Assembly (NCBI GenBank): GCA_964542285.1
Contig: CAZIUM010000001.1
Coordinates: forward strand, 2,751-66,750
From: an uncultured Lentisphaerales bacterium
GTDB taxonomy: Bacteria > Verrucomicrobiota > Kiritimatiellia > RFP12 > JAAYLN01
Direction of reading: 5' to 3'
DNA length: 64,000 nucleotides
Position 1 is the stretch's first letter, and every line of letters begins with the position of its first letter. Positions 48,530-57,926 of this stretch are shown in pieces. Below the pieces are notes generated by a model. It saw only the letters and a program-made list of their open reading frames with translations. It was not told the DNA's origin and ran no database searches. The position numbers were made by a program, and so were the translations under genes.

Positions 48530-49240
48530 ATGATCGATGCCTTCTGGAAATGGTTGATGCGTATGGACGCCCGCGGGATTTTCATTCTCTCGCTGGTGTT
48601 GTTCCTGGCGACCGTCGGTTGGTGGGGCTGGCGTGCTTTTCGCCCTGACGATCGGGCGCCTGTCGTGCCGGTGGCCGAAGGCGAATCTCCCAAGTTGCCT
48701 TCGCTCAAGCCTCTGGGGATTGTTCATTTTGTTTCCAACCAGTTTGCGCCCCGCGCCCTGGTCGTCCCATTGAATCCCTTCCGCCCCACCTATGCCTCCA
48801 TCATCAGCAATCTGGACAGCCAGGCCTACCAGGAACTGCGGGCGGCGACGGAACAATCCGATGGTCCGGCATCGTTGCGCTGGGCCAATTTTCTCCGGCA
48901 GCGTCGCGGCAGCGACGAGGGTGGACGCCAGGGCACGCCCGCCCGGACAGCGGACGGCACCCAGCCGAATCGGCAGGCCACGCCCCAGACCGGCGCCGCG
49001 GGAGAGCCGCCGCCGCCTTCGCTGACGTTCCGAGGAATGTTCGAGCGTCCCGACGGCAAGGTAGCGGCCTATCTTTTCGACAGTGTTCGCCGGGCCGGCC
49101 ATTTTGTCACGCGTGGAGAGCGCATCTATAATCTGGAAGTCATGGAAGTGCGCCAGAAAAAAATCACCTTTAAAATGCCCGACGATACTCTCGCGATTCT
49201 CAATCCGGGCGAAACGATCACCGTGACCCCCGATCCATAA
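48530..49240 (+). CDS. PilP-like (or GspC-like) protein
   Basis: N-terminal TM, Pro-rich linker, C-terminal beta domain LTFRGMFERPDGKVAAYLFDSVRRAGHFVTRGERIYNLEVMEV... resembling the PilP/GspC homology region. Confidence 0.45.
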   Translation: MIDAFWKWLMRMDARGIFILSLVLFLATVGWWGWRAFRPDDRAPVVPVAEGESPKLPSLKPLGIVHFVSNQFAPRALVVPLNPFRPTYASIISNLDSQAYQELRAATEQSDGPASLRWANFLRQRRGSDEGGRQGTPARTADGTQPNRQATPQTGAAGEPPPPSLTFRGMFERPDGKVAAYLFDSVRRAGHFVTRGERIYNLEVMEVRQKKITFKMPDDTLAILNPGETITVTPDP

Positions 49241-49249
49241 TGACCTTCG

Positions 49250-51055
49250 ATGCCCTTGACCCCGCCCATGCATGACACCGTCAACCAGGAACACCCCCCC
49301 TCCGTGGCCGCCAGTCCGCCGCCAACGCGGGCGGGTCCTCAGATCGCCCGCTTTAATGGCGAAGACTTGTTGCAGGATGTGTTGACCCGGCTGCTTGATC
49401 TCAATCACTTGACCGAGGAGCAACTGGCCGATCTGCGCAACCGGGCGGCCCTGACCGGAATGTCGCTGGACAAGTTGATTCGGGAAGAGAGCGTGGTTGA
49501 CGAAAGCACCATGCTCACGGTCTACGCCGAGGTCAGCGGAATTCCCTTTCGCAAAATCGGCGATTTCCGCATCGAGCAGGAAGCCGTGGCGCGCGTGCCG
49601 GCCCGACTCGCGTTGCGTCACCGGGTCGTCCCGCTGGAATTGCATGACGGCACGCTGACGCTGGCCGTCAGCCGGGTGCCGGATTTAAGCACCTTCGAAG
49701 GCCTGCGGATGGTGCTCGAAACGAACCTCGAGTGGGTGCTCTGCACGGATTCGGACGTGTCCCGGTCCCTGACCCATTTTTATGGCCTTGGGGCCGACAC
49801 CATCGACCAACTGATCGCCGAGGCCGCTTCTACCGAGGAGGAAGAGGATAAGGACGATGACATTGCCGCCGTCAGTGACGAGACCGGCATGGTCCGCTTT
49901 ATCAACATGATCATCGCCGAAGGCATTCGCATGGATGCCACCGACATCCACATCGAACCCTACGAAGATACCATGCGCCTGCGCTGCCGCGTGGACGGCA
50001 TCCTGCAGGAAGTGCCCCTGCCCACGGGGGTCGAGCGGTTGAAGCGATCGATCAGTTCCGCGGTCAAAATCATGGCGGCCCTCGACATTGCCGAGAAGCG
50101 CAAACCCCACGACGGTCGCATCAAGGTGCGCTGCGACAACAACGAGTACGACCTGCGCGTGTCCGTGCTGCCGACGAGCTATGGCGAGACCTGCTGCCTG
50201 CGTATCCTGAACCGCAGTTCGGTGTTTGCGGACCTCGACAACCTGGGGCTTTCCCCCAATCAACTGCCGAAGATCACGGCCATGACCGACCTCCCGCATG
50301 GCGTGATTCTGCTGACGGGACCCACCGGCAGCGGCAAGACCACCACGCTGTATGCCCTCCTTTCGCGGCTCAATACCTCCGGGGTGAAAATCATCACCGT
50401 CGAGGATCCGGTCGAGTACCAGATGGACGGCATCAGCCAGGTGCAGGTGCACAGCAAGATCGGCCTCACCTTTGCCAGCGTGTTGCGTTCCGTGCTGCGT
50501 CACGACCCGGATGTGATCCTGATCGGGGAAATCCGTGATTCCGAGACCGCCGATATTGCCGTGCGGTCGTCGCTGACCGGACACTTGGTCCTGAGCACGC
50601 TGCACACCAACGATGCGCCCAGTGCCGTCACGCGCCTGACCGACATGGGCGTGGAACCCTACCTGATCGCCTCCTGCGTCGAGGGCATCGTGGCGCAACG
50701 GCTGGTGCGCCGCGTCTGCCCCCTGTGCAAACGCGAGGAAGAGGTGACCCCCGCGCTGCGCGAGGAAATCCTGTCCTATTATCCGGACCTTGCGGCCAAG
50801 GCTCAGTTCATTATCGGTAACGGCTGTCCCAATTGCGCCTTTACCGGCTACCGTGGCCGTAGCGCCATCAACGAGGTCATGGTGATGACCGATCCCTTGC
50901 GCGCGCTGGTGGTCCAACGCGAACCGGCCAACATCATCAAGGACCTGGCCGTGGCCGAGGGCATGGTCACCTTGCGCCGTGACGGGTGGCTCCGTGTGAT
51001 CGAGGGCCGCACCTCCGTCGATGAGGTCCTGCGGGTGGCCGGAAACTCCGATTGA
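49250..51055 (+). CDS. GspE/PilB family type II secretion / type IV pilus assembly ATPase
   Basis: T2SSE N-domain; Walker A LLTGPTGSGKTTTL; Asp/His boxes; tetracysteine CPLC...CPNC. Confidence 0.9.
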   Translation: MPLTPPMHDTVNQEHPPSVAASPPPTRAGPQIARFNGEDLLQDVLTRLLDLNHLTEEQLADLRNRAALTGMSLDKLIREESVVDESTMLTVYAEVSGIPFRKIGDFRIEQEAVARVPARLALRHRVVPLELHDGTLTLAVSRVPDLSTFEGLRMVLETNLEWVLCTDSDVSRSLTHFYGLGADTIDQLIAEAASTEEEEDKDDDIAAVSDETGMVRFINMIIAEGIRMDATDIHIEPYEDTMRLRCRVDGILQEVPLPTGVERLKRSISSAVKIMAALDIAEKRKPHDGRIKVRCDNNEYDLRVSVLPTSYGETCCLRILNRSSVFADLDNLGLSPNQLPKITAMTDLPHGVILLTGPTGSGKTTTLYALLSRLNTSGVKIITVEDPVEYQMDGISQVQVHSKIGLTFASVLRSVLRHDPDVILIGEIRDSETADIAVRSSLTGHLVLSTLHTNDAPSAVTRLTDMGVEPYLIASCVEGIVAQRLVRRVCPLCKREEEVTPALREEILSYYPDLAAKAQFIIGNGCPNCAFTGYRGRSAINEVMVMTDPLRALVVQREPANIIKDLAVAEGMVTLRRDGWLRVIEGRTSVDEVLRVAGNSD

Positions 51056-51063
51056 GCGTTACG

Positions 51064-52686
51064 ATGGCGAATTCCAGCTCCAGGCAACAGGATGGGTTTT
51101 GGCGGCGCGCGGAGCCGATGACGATGGGGGCGGGCCTGCTGCTGGCGCTGTGCATCTACGGATTCAACTTGTGGTTCGGCAATCTCAACCAGGATGAGGG
51201 CTGGTACCTTTACGCGGCCCTTGAGCGTTCGGAGGGTCGTTTGCCCTACCGCGATTTCTTTTTTACCCAGGGCCCGGTGCTGCCCTGGGTCTATGGTTGG
51301 CTGGCGCCGGTCTGGGCGGGATTTGGCTTGGTGGGCGGACGCGCCCTGACGGCGGTGCTGGGATTGGCGGGGGGAGGCCTGAGCGCCGCGCTGGCGGCCG
51401 CGGTATCCCCGCGCGCGACGCGCCGCCTGGCGGCGCTGACGGCCTTCCTGCTGACGTCCGGCAACCTCTATCACAGTTACTTCACCACCATTCCCAAAAC
51501 CTATGCTCTCGGCGCGTTGTTTCTGCTGGGCGGCATGCTGCTGTTGACGCGATTGCGAACGGGTACCGGTCGGTGGCTTGCGGCTCCGTCCGGCCTGCTG
51601 CTGGCGCTGGCCGCCGGCACGCGCCTTTCGTTGGGCTTGGCCCTGCCCGTGACGGGCCTGGCTCTGTTGCTGGCACGTCGTCACGTTCGCCGTGCCTGGC
51701 TGTGGTTCGGCCTGGGCGGGGCGGCGGGGCTTTTCCTGGTGTTCGGCCCGGTGCTGTGGCAGGCGCGCGAGGCATTCTTTTTCGCCAACCGTTTTCATGC
51801 CGCGCGCATGGGGGGCGATCGCTTCATGCTGGCTGTTGGATCGCTGCTGCGTCTGGCGCGCGGCTACCTGCCGCTGGCGGGAATGGCTTTTGCGGCCCTC
51901 GCCATGAAGGCCTGCGCGCCACCCGATTCCTCACGCGCGCGCTCCTCCAACGCCTCCGAACCGGTCGGCCCGTCGTTCGTGGCCGGTCCGGGACTGTGGC
52001 TGGTGTTGCTGCTTGCGATCGGAACGCTTCAATTGGCCGGGCCGTTTCCCTACGACGATTACCAGGTGCCGTTGATGCCCCTGGCCGCCGCGGCGGTTGC
52101 GGTGTTCTTCGGGCGCGCCGTGGCCGGTCGCGAGTTGTCGCCGCATGCGGGCCGGACCGGCCCCTTAATGGCCGTCGTGCTGCTTTGGTGCGCGGTCTGC
52201 GCCGGCGCCTCGCCGCTTGTCGAGCAGTGGTTCGTACTGCGGCAGGACCGCTTCTGGGTCTTGACCAAGCCCTGTCCCGACATCGTGACCCTGCGTCGGA
52301 CCGCGGCCACGATCCGGGACCGGTTGCCGCCGGATCGCCCCCTGCTGACCCAGGATCTCTACCTGGCGGTCGAGGCGGGGCGACGGGTGCCGCCCGGATT
52401 CGAAATGGGTCCCTTCGGGTATTTTCCCCGGCTTGACGATCGGACGGCCGCGCGTTTTCATGTCCTGAACCGGCAGAGCCTGCGTCGTCTGCTGGCCGAA
52501 TCCACCGCCCCCATGGCGGCGTTCAGCGGATACGGACTGGCCATCGCAGCTCCGGCCATGACGCCGGTGGATGAAGACGAACGCGCCGAGCTGCTGTCCC
52601 TGGTTTCTTCGCGCTATCGTCTCCTGCGGCAGGTGGCCGATTTTGGACAGGGCCACACCGCGCTGAACCTCTGGGTGCTTGAATGA
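51064..52686 (+). CDS. GT-C fold membrane glycosyltransferase (family 39 / ArnT-PMT-like)
   Basis: About 12 TM helices; N-terminal loop DEGWYLYAA...RLPYRDFFFTQGPVLPW typical of the GT39/GT83 first periplasmic loop. TTG at 51052 or ATG at 51064; coupled to the GspE stop. Confidence 0.6.
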   Translation: MANSSSRQQDGFWRRAEPMTMGAGLLLALCIYGFNLWFGNLNQDEGWYLYAALERSEGRLPYRDFFFTQGPVLPWVYGWLAPVWAGFGLVGGRALTAVLGLAGGGLSAALAAAVSPRATRRLAALTAFLLTSGNLYHSYFTTIPKTYALGALFLLGGMLLLTRLRTGTGRWLAAPSGLLLALAAGTRLSLGLALPVTGLALLLARRHVRRAWLWFGLGGAAGLFLVFGPVLWQAREAFFFANRFHAARMGGDRFMLAVGSLLRLARGYLPLAGMAFAALAMKACAPPDSSRARSSNASEPVGPSFVAGPGLWLVLLLAIGTLQLAGPFPYDDYQVPLMPLAAAAVAVFFGRAVAGRELSPHAGRTGPLMAVVLLWCAVCAGASPLVEQWFVLRQDRFWVLTKPCPDIVTLRRTAATIRDRLPPDRPLLTQDLYLAVEAGRRVPPGFEMGPFGYFPRLDDRTAARFHVLNRQSLRRLLAESTAPMAAFSGYGLAIAAPAMTPVDEDERAELLSLVSSRYRLLRQVADFGQGHTALNLWVLE

Positions 52687-54314
52687 AATTAAATTCGGAA
52701 AAATCCCTGGGCCAGCGGGTGTTCAAGGCCGGCCTGGCGGTCGGGTTTGCGCACCTGTTGTTCAAGCTGGCGGGGCTGGTCCAGGCCAAGGCCATGGCCT
52801 ATTACCTGCCCGGCGAAATTTTCGACTCCGTCTATGTGTTTGCCTTTGAAAGCTGCATTTTCAGCATCTTTCTGATTGGCGAAGAGGTGATCGGCCCCGC
52901 GTTACTGCCCCTGTTCATGCGGGAAATGGATACCCGGGGCGAAGACGCCGCCTGGAACTTTGCCAATGTCGTTCTGACCATCCAGGGGTTGCTGCTGACG
53001 GGGGTGGTGGCCTTTCTGATGCTTTTCCCCGAGGCGCTGGTGAAGCTGCTGACGGCCTGGTCCCCCGACAGGGTCGAAAGCGCCAATCAGTACATCCTGG
53101 GAGTCAGCAGCGTGCGGATGCTGGCGCCGGCACTTATCGGGTTGTCGTTCGGGTCGGCCACCTATGTGCTGCTCAATTCCTACAAGCGCTTTTTCCTGGC
53201 GGCTTTCGGCGATGCCGTCTGGAAATTTGGCGTTGTCGTGGCGCTGGTCGTGGGGGCCGGCTGGCTGCATGGCGCTTCCGTTGCGTTGGGGGTGGGCCTG
53301 GTGGCCGGTAGCATCCTCAAGCTTCTCACGCACCTGGTGGGCCTGCGCGACAAACTGAAGCATATGCGCCTCCGTCTCGACTGGAGCCATCCGGCGCTTC
53401 GTTCGATGCTCTGGCTGGTGCTGCCGCTGCTGGCGGGAATCGTGTTCGCCAAGTTTCGCGACGTGGTCAACAACGTCTACATTCTCAGCAAGCTCGAATC
53501 CAGCGGACTGATGCAGGCCAACTCCATGGGGCGCAAGCTGCAGGGCGCCTTGCACTGGCTGGTGCCCTACACCCTGTCGATCGCCTTCTTTCCGTTTTTC
53601 TGCGAAATGGTCGATCGCCAGGACCATGAGCGACTGGGGGCCGTGGTCACGCGCGCAGGCCGTCAGTTGCTGGCTATTTTCCTTCCGTTTGCCGCCGTGG
53701 TGGCGGTCCTGGCCGTTCCACTGACCGGACTGTTGTTCGGGGGCGGACACTTTGACGACCTGGCGGTACGGCGCACCGCCCTCACGACGGCCTGCTACAC
53801 CTTCGCTCTGCCGGCCGCGGCCATCGAGGCCCTCTTGATGCAGGCCTTTTTTGCGCATCGACGCATGATTTCGGTGACGGTGGCAGGCATCGGATTTTCC
53901 GGGTTCAGCATCCTGGTCAGTTGGCTGGGGTTGCGTCTGAGCAACGGCAATGCCTGGGTGGTTCTGGGAGCCATAGCCGGCGGGTTTGCCTTGTCACGCA
54001 TGCTCAAGAGCATCGTGCTTTCGTTGCTGCTCAAGCGCAGCGCCCCCGTCTTTCCCCTCTGGCCCACCCTGGGCTTTCTGGTGCGGGTGTCGGCCGCCTC
54101 GTCCCTGGCGGCACTGGCGGCCTGGTTCGGTGCCCAGGTCGGCCCGCGAATGCTGTCGGGACAGGACGCGCCACGCCTTCTGATGGAAATCGTGGCGCTT
54201 GGGAGTGGCGGCGTCGCGGCCGGAATTGCATTGCTTCCGGCATACATTGTTCTTAAAGTTAATGAACCTTTTGTCTTGATGCGCTGGCTGCTGGTCCGCC
54301 GTCGAGGTCAATGA
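52683..54314 (+). CDS. murJ: MurJ/MviN family lipid-linked oligosaccharide flippase (MOP superfamily)
   Basis: 14-TM MurJ-like topology and length; ATGA-coupled to the upstream GT-C gene. Confidence 0.75.
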   Translation: MKLNSEKSLGQRVFKAGLAVGFAHLLFKLAGLVQAKAMAYYLPGEIFDSVYVFAFESCIFSIFLIGEEVIGPALLPLFMREMDTRGEDAAWNFANVVLTIQGLLLTGVVAFLMLFPEALVKLLTAWSPDRVESANQYILGVSSVRMLAPALIGLSFGSATYVLLNSYKRFFLAAFGDAVWKFGVVVALVVGAGWLHGASVALGVGLVAGSILKLLTHLVGLRDKLKHMRLRLDWSHPALRSMLWLVLPLLAGIVFAKFRDVVNNVYILSKLESSGLMQANSMGRKLQGALHWLVPYTLSIAFFPFFCEMVDRQDHERLGAVVTRAGRQLLAIFLPFAAVVAVLAVPLTGLLFGGGHFDDLAVRRTALTTACYTFALPAAAIEALLMQAFFAHRRMISVTVAGIGFSGFSILVSWLGLRLSNGNAWVVLGAIAGGFALSRMLKSIVLSLLLKRSAPVFPLWPTLGFLVRVSAASSLAALAAWFGAQVGPRMLSGQDAPRLLMEIVALGSGGVAAGIALLPAYIVLKVNEPFVLMRWLLVRRRGQ

Positions 54315-54332
54315 ACCCTTTTGAGGTGAATT

Positions 54333-56237
54333 ATGCGCAGAATAATCGGTTGTCTTGCCTTGTTGTCGATGGGTTGGGGCGCATCGGCATCCGTGTTCGC
54401 CGCCACGGCGGCTCACTGGCTTGGCGGCGTTCATTTCCCCGCCGGATCGACCGGCAGCCTCACTCTGCACGACGGGCATGCCTATGTGCTGAACGGCTGG
54501 ACCCGCGGCGACGGGATTCTGGTTTTCGACATCCGCAACCCCCGCGAACCGCGTTTCGTCAAGGGACTGCCGGCGAAGGGATACCTGCGTCCGGGACTGG
54601 TGCGGGAAAACCAGTTTTATATTCCCGCCAACATGTTTTCGTTGATGGTGGTCGATGTCGGCGATGCATCGCAAGCGCGCATCGCGCGTAATCTTTCGTT
54701 CAATTTTCCCGTTGGCGACATGCAATGCCTGGCCGGGGCGGGCAACCGGTTGTACCAGGGCGGCCGCGGCGGCGGGCTGCGGATTCTTGACATCTCCGAG
54801 CCCGGCACCCCCGTCATTGCGGCACATTATCCCCGGTATGGAAATCTGGCCGGCATCCTGGCGGGAGACGACGGCCTGTTGGTGCTGCGTCCCCAACGGG
54901 GCGAGACGGTGGTGGCAACGGTTAAGGATGACCTTGTGACGGAACATGCCCGCATTAAAACCGGGCGCAATCCGCGCCTGGTGGGCAAGGCCTTGTACGA
55001 CACGACTTCGCGGGAATGCATCGTGCGCAGCTTGGCCGATCCGGCGAACCCGGAAATCGTCACGCGCCTGCCCGGCCTTGTCCCCTTGTGTCCGGCCGGA
55101 CCGAACCGGCTGCTGGCACGGGATGCCTCCCAAACCCTGGTGTGGCTTGATGTGTCGAATCCCCTGGCGCCGCAAACGCTGCGGACCGTTCGTCTGCCGG
55201 AAAATGTTTCGATGGGGAGTGTGGCCTGGCACGACGATCGACTGGTCTTCGTGGACCGGGAAAGAATCAGCCTGCGCCTGCTGGATGTTTCCACCGACAT
55301 CGCCACCGAGCTTGGCGAAGCCTTCATTATGCGCAACGCGGGGAATCTGGCGCTGGGGGAGGACGGCGTGGCCTTTCTGAGTTATGTGCAAGGAGTCAAC
55401 AGCACGGTTTTTACGGTGGATGCCAGCCACAACGGCCCCCTGAGTTTTCACGTCCGGCATACCCAGCCCGCCGCTTCGCCGTCGGACACCTTCACCCTGC
55501 ACGATACCCATCGGGCCGCGGCCGTGGCCCGTCATGGCAAGTATCTTCTAACGGGCGACGGTCTGCTGGACGTGTCGAACCCCGCGCGGCCCGTGACGCT
55601 GCATCCGCTGCAACGCGTGGCGGCCTCGATCTCCATTCGTGGCAACCTGGCGGCCCTGGCGCAAGGCGATCGGGTGGCCTTCGTCGACCTGGGGCGTCTG
55701 CCCGATTATGTCGTGGCCGGAACGTATCGCCCGGAAGAGGAGTCCGCCCACCTGACGGATGTGGCCCTTGGGGACGGAATCGCCTGCCTGGTGAACAATG
55801 CCAAGGGACAGGCGCGGATCGAGATTCTCGATATCGGCAATCCGGCCCGCCCCCATCTGCTGGGGCAATGCGAAGTGCCGATGGCGATCGTTGCGGCATT
55901 GTCCGGCAACTTGCTCTATGTTCCGGGAGCGAAAAGCGGTGGCCTGACGATCGTGGATGTTGCCGATCCCGCCCGCCCCCGCGTGGTCGGGACGCGAGAC
56001 GGCCTGCTGGATTCCAGTTGCTACCGCGTCAAGGTCCATGGTTCGCGCTTATTCTACACGGACAGCATGCGGGGCATCAAGGTGGCCGACCTTGCGGATC
56101 CCCTGCATCCGGTACTGCTGCATACCTATTACGGCGACACCACGACCAGCGCCAACTATACGGATTTTGTCTTGCGGGGCAACCGTCTCCATGGCCTGCG
56201 TTTTTCCTGCCTGGATGTCTGGCAAATCGAAGATTGA
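54333..56237 (+). CDS. secreted LVIVD-repeat beta-propeller protein
   Basis: Signal peptide; repeated ILVFDIRNP, LRILDISEP, VWLDVSNP, LRLLDVSTD, LLDVSNP, IEILDIGNPARP, LTIVDVADPARP and IKVADLADP motifs; GAGGTGA RBS. Confidence 0.7.
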   Translation: MRRIIGCLALLSMGWGASASVFAATAAHWLGGVHFPAGSTGSLTLHDGHAYVLNGWTRGDGILVFDIRNPREPRFVKGLPAKGYLRPGLVRENQFYIPANMFSLMVVDVGDASQARIARNLSFNFPVGDMQCLAGAGNRLYQGGRGGGLRILDISEPGTPVIAAHYPRYGNLAGILAGDDGLLVLRPQRGETVVATVKDDLVTEHARIKTGRNPRLVGKALYDTTSRECIVRSLADPANPEIVTRLPGLVPLCPAGPNRLLARDASQTLVWLDVSNPLAPQTLRTVRLPENVSMGSVAWHDDRLVFVDRERISLRLLDVSTDIATELGEAFIMRNAGNLALGEDGVAFLSYVQGVNSTVFTVDASHNGPLSFHVRHTQPAASPSDTFTLHDTHRAAAVARHGKYLLTGDGLLDVSNPARPVTLHPLQRVAASISIRGNLAALAQGDRVAFVDLGRLPDYVVAGTYRPEEESAHLTDVALGDGIACLVNNAKGQARIEILDIGNPARPHLLGQCEVPMAIVAALSGNLLYVPGAKSGGLTIVDVADPARPRVVGTRDGLLDSSCYRVKVHGSRLFYTDSMRGIKVADLADPLHPVLLHTYYGDTTTSANYTDFVLRGNRLHGLRFSCLDVWQIED

Positions 56238-56281
56238 ACAGCTCGCGTCCTGTGACGGACCGCGGCAACGGGATAAACATC

Positions 56282-57370
56282 ATGCGTACGACTTTTTCGC
56301 TCTTTCTGCTCGGGGCCTTTCTGGCTTCCGTGACCAGGGCCGAACCCGAAAACTACGGGCAGGGCTACGACGTGTACACGACCGCCAGCGGCGTGGGGGT
56401 TTCCGCGCAGACGCTGTTCATGACCTGGCCCGCCAAGGCCGGACGGTTGGATCGTCGGCTTGTGGCGGTAGATGTGTCGCAACCGCTGGCCCCCACGTTC
56501 CGGGGGGCCCTGTCGTTGCGGGGGTTTCCGCAGGACCTGACGCTCTCTGGGAATCGTGCCTATGTAGTTAATGGCCGCGATGTGTCGGCGATCGACATCT
56601 CCAGGCCGCAATCCATGCGGTCGGTTGCGGAACTGACGGTGTCCGAAGATCCATTGTACGGGCCGCAGGGAATCGACCGGCAGGGCGACAACCTGTGGTT
56701 GGCCTGTCGCCGCGGCGGAATTCGGTCCGTGCGCATTGTGGGGGACAAACTGGAAAGTCTCGCCACGCTGGAATTGCCTGGCTTTGTGCGCGACGTATCG
56801 GTGGCGGGGACGCTGTTGTATGCGGCGGGGGACACCATGGGACTTTTTGTCGTCGACATTTCGCGGGCGGACACCCCCCGCTTGGTGAGGCGTATCCCGA
56901 TGGACGAGGGCTGTGCCGCCAGACTGCGCATCCAGGACGGCAAGGCGTACGTAGCGGCCGGCAATTTGCTGGTGGCCGTGTTTGATCTTTCCGATCCGCG
57001 TCACCCGCGTTTGCTGGGCAGCGCCGATTCCCGCGGCCGGATGTCCCCCTTCTTCGGGAACTATGCGCATGACCTGCGCGTCATCGCCTTGCCGGGGAAC
57101 GCCGAGAACGATCCCGTCGCGCGACCGTTTGTTGTGGTGGCGGACGGAGAAGGGGGCCTGATTGTGGTGGATGTCGGCGATTCCGATGTCCCCCGGTTTG
57201 CCGGTGCCGTGATGGGCGCGGGAATCGGCGGGGCCTTCGTCGCGACGGGGCTGGAACTTTACGGAACCACCGCCCTGGTGGTCGACCAGTCCTACGGGGT
57301 GCGAGCGTTCGATGTTTCGCGCCCGGAGGCTCCCCGGTCCATCGGCGAGGGGCTCAAGCTCATCCCCTGA
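56282..57370 (+). CDS. secreted LVIVD-repeat beta-propeller protein (second, shorter paralog)
   Basis: Signal peptide MRTTFSLFLLGAFLASVTRA; motifs LVAVDVSQP, VSAIDISRP, LFVVDISRADTP, VAVFDLSDPRHP, LIVVDVGDSDVP, VRAFDVSRPEAP. Confidence 0.7.
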   Translation: MRTTFSLFLLGAFLASVTRAEPENYGQGYDVYTTASGVGVSAQTLFMTWPAKAGRLDRRLVAVDVSQPLAPTFRGALSLRGFPQDLTLSGNRAYVVNGRDVSAIDISRPQSMRSVAELTVSEDPLYGPQGIDRQGDNLWLACRRGGIRSVRIVGDKLESLATLELPGFVRDVSVAGTLLYAAGDTMGLFVVDISRADTPRLVRRIPMDEGCAARLRIQDGKAYVAAGNLLVAVFDLSDPRHPRLLGSADSRGRMSPFFGNYAHDLRVIALPGNAENDPVARPFVVVADGEGGLIVVDVGDSDVPRFAGAVMGAGIGGAFVATGLELYGTTALVVDQSYGVRAFDVSRPEAPRSIGEGLKLIP

Positions 57371-57392
57371 ACTGCCGGAACCAGCCCTTCGC

Positions 57393-57421
57393 TTGTCGGT
57401 ACGGCAGGTTCCCTGTAGAAT
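57393..57421 (+). promoter_or_regulatory. sigma70-like promoter TTGTCG-N17-TAGAAT upstream of paralog A
   Basis: TTGTCG at 57393-57398 and TAGAAT at 57416-57421, 22 nt before the ATG at 57444, inside an otherwise tightly packed same-strand gene array. Confidence 0.35.
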
Positions 57422-57443
57422 GCTGGGCATTCGAAGAAATTTG

Positions 57444-57926
57444 ATGAAAAAACCGGTGAAAATCAAGGTCATGAAGCGCAAGGCGGCGGACAACCGCTAC
57501 CTGCACAAGGACTTTCATGGCGCCCTCAGCAACGGACTGATCTACTTGGAACGCATGTATGGACGCGAAGCGGCCGTGGCTTTTCTGCGGCGCTTTGCCG
57601 ATACGTACCATGCTCCGCTGCGCGCTTCCATGATTGCCCTGGGCCTGGCGCCGTTGCGGGACTATCTGCAATCCATCTATGAGGTCGAGGGGGCCGCGTT
57701 CACGCTTTCGGCGAGCGAGGACGAATTGGTGCTGGACCTCGCGGCCTGTCCCGCCCTGGCGCATCTCAAGGCGCGTGGCATGCCCGTGGCGCCGATTTTC
57801 GGCGACATTGGATTGCATCTCTGCCGGGCCCTGTGTGAAGGCACCCCGTTCGCGTTCGAACGGTCGGGGTTCGATCCCGCCACCGGGGCCTGCCGGATGC
57901 GATTTCGACGGAGGGAGACCACGTGA
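57444..57926 (+). CDS. hypothetical small protein with C...CxxxC...C motif (paralog A)
   Basis: Internal ATG (MKKPVKIK...) inside ORF 57312..57926; homologous over its whole length to the next gene. Confidence 0.5.
   Translation: MKKPVKIKVMKRKAADNRYLHKDFHGALSNGLIYLERMYGREAAVAFLRRFADTYHAPLRASMIALGLAPLRDYLQSIYEVEGAAFTLSASEDELVLDLAACPALAHLKARGMPVAPIFGDIGLHLCRALCEGTPFAFERSGFDPATGACRMRFRRRETT

Noticed and set aside
47816-49645. 609-aa minus-strand ORF across the pilO-like, pilP-like and GspE genes (also 49685..50917 minus, 52902..53858 minus, 53994..55535 minus, 56156..57493 minus, 27875..29710 minus, 24914..26071 minus, 9577..10905 minus)
   Set aside because: All are antisense to plus-strand genes with family motifs or strong third-position GC bias; typical long spurious ORFs of high-GC DNA.
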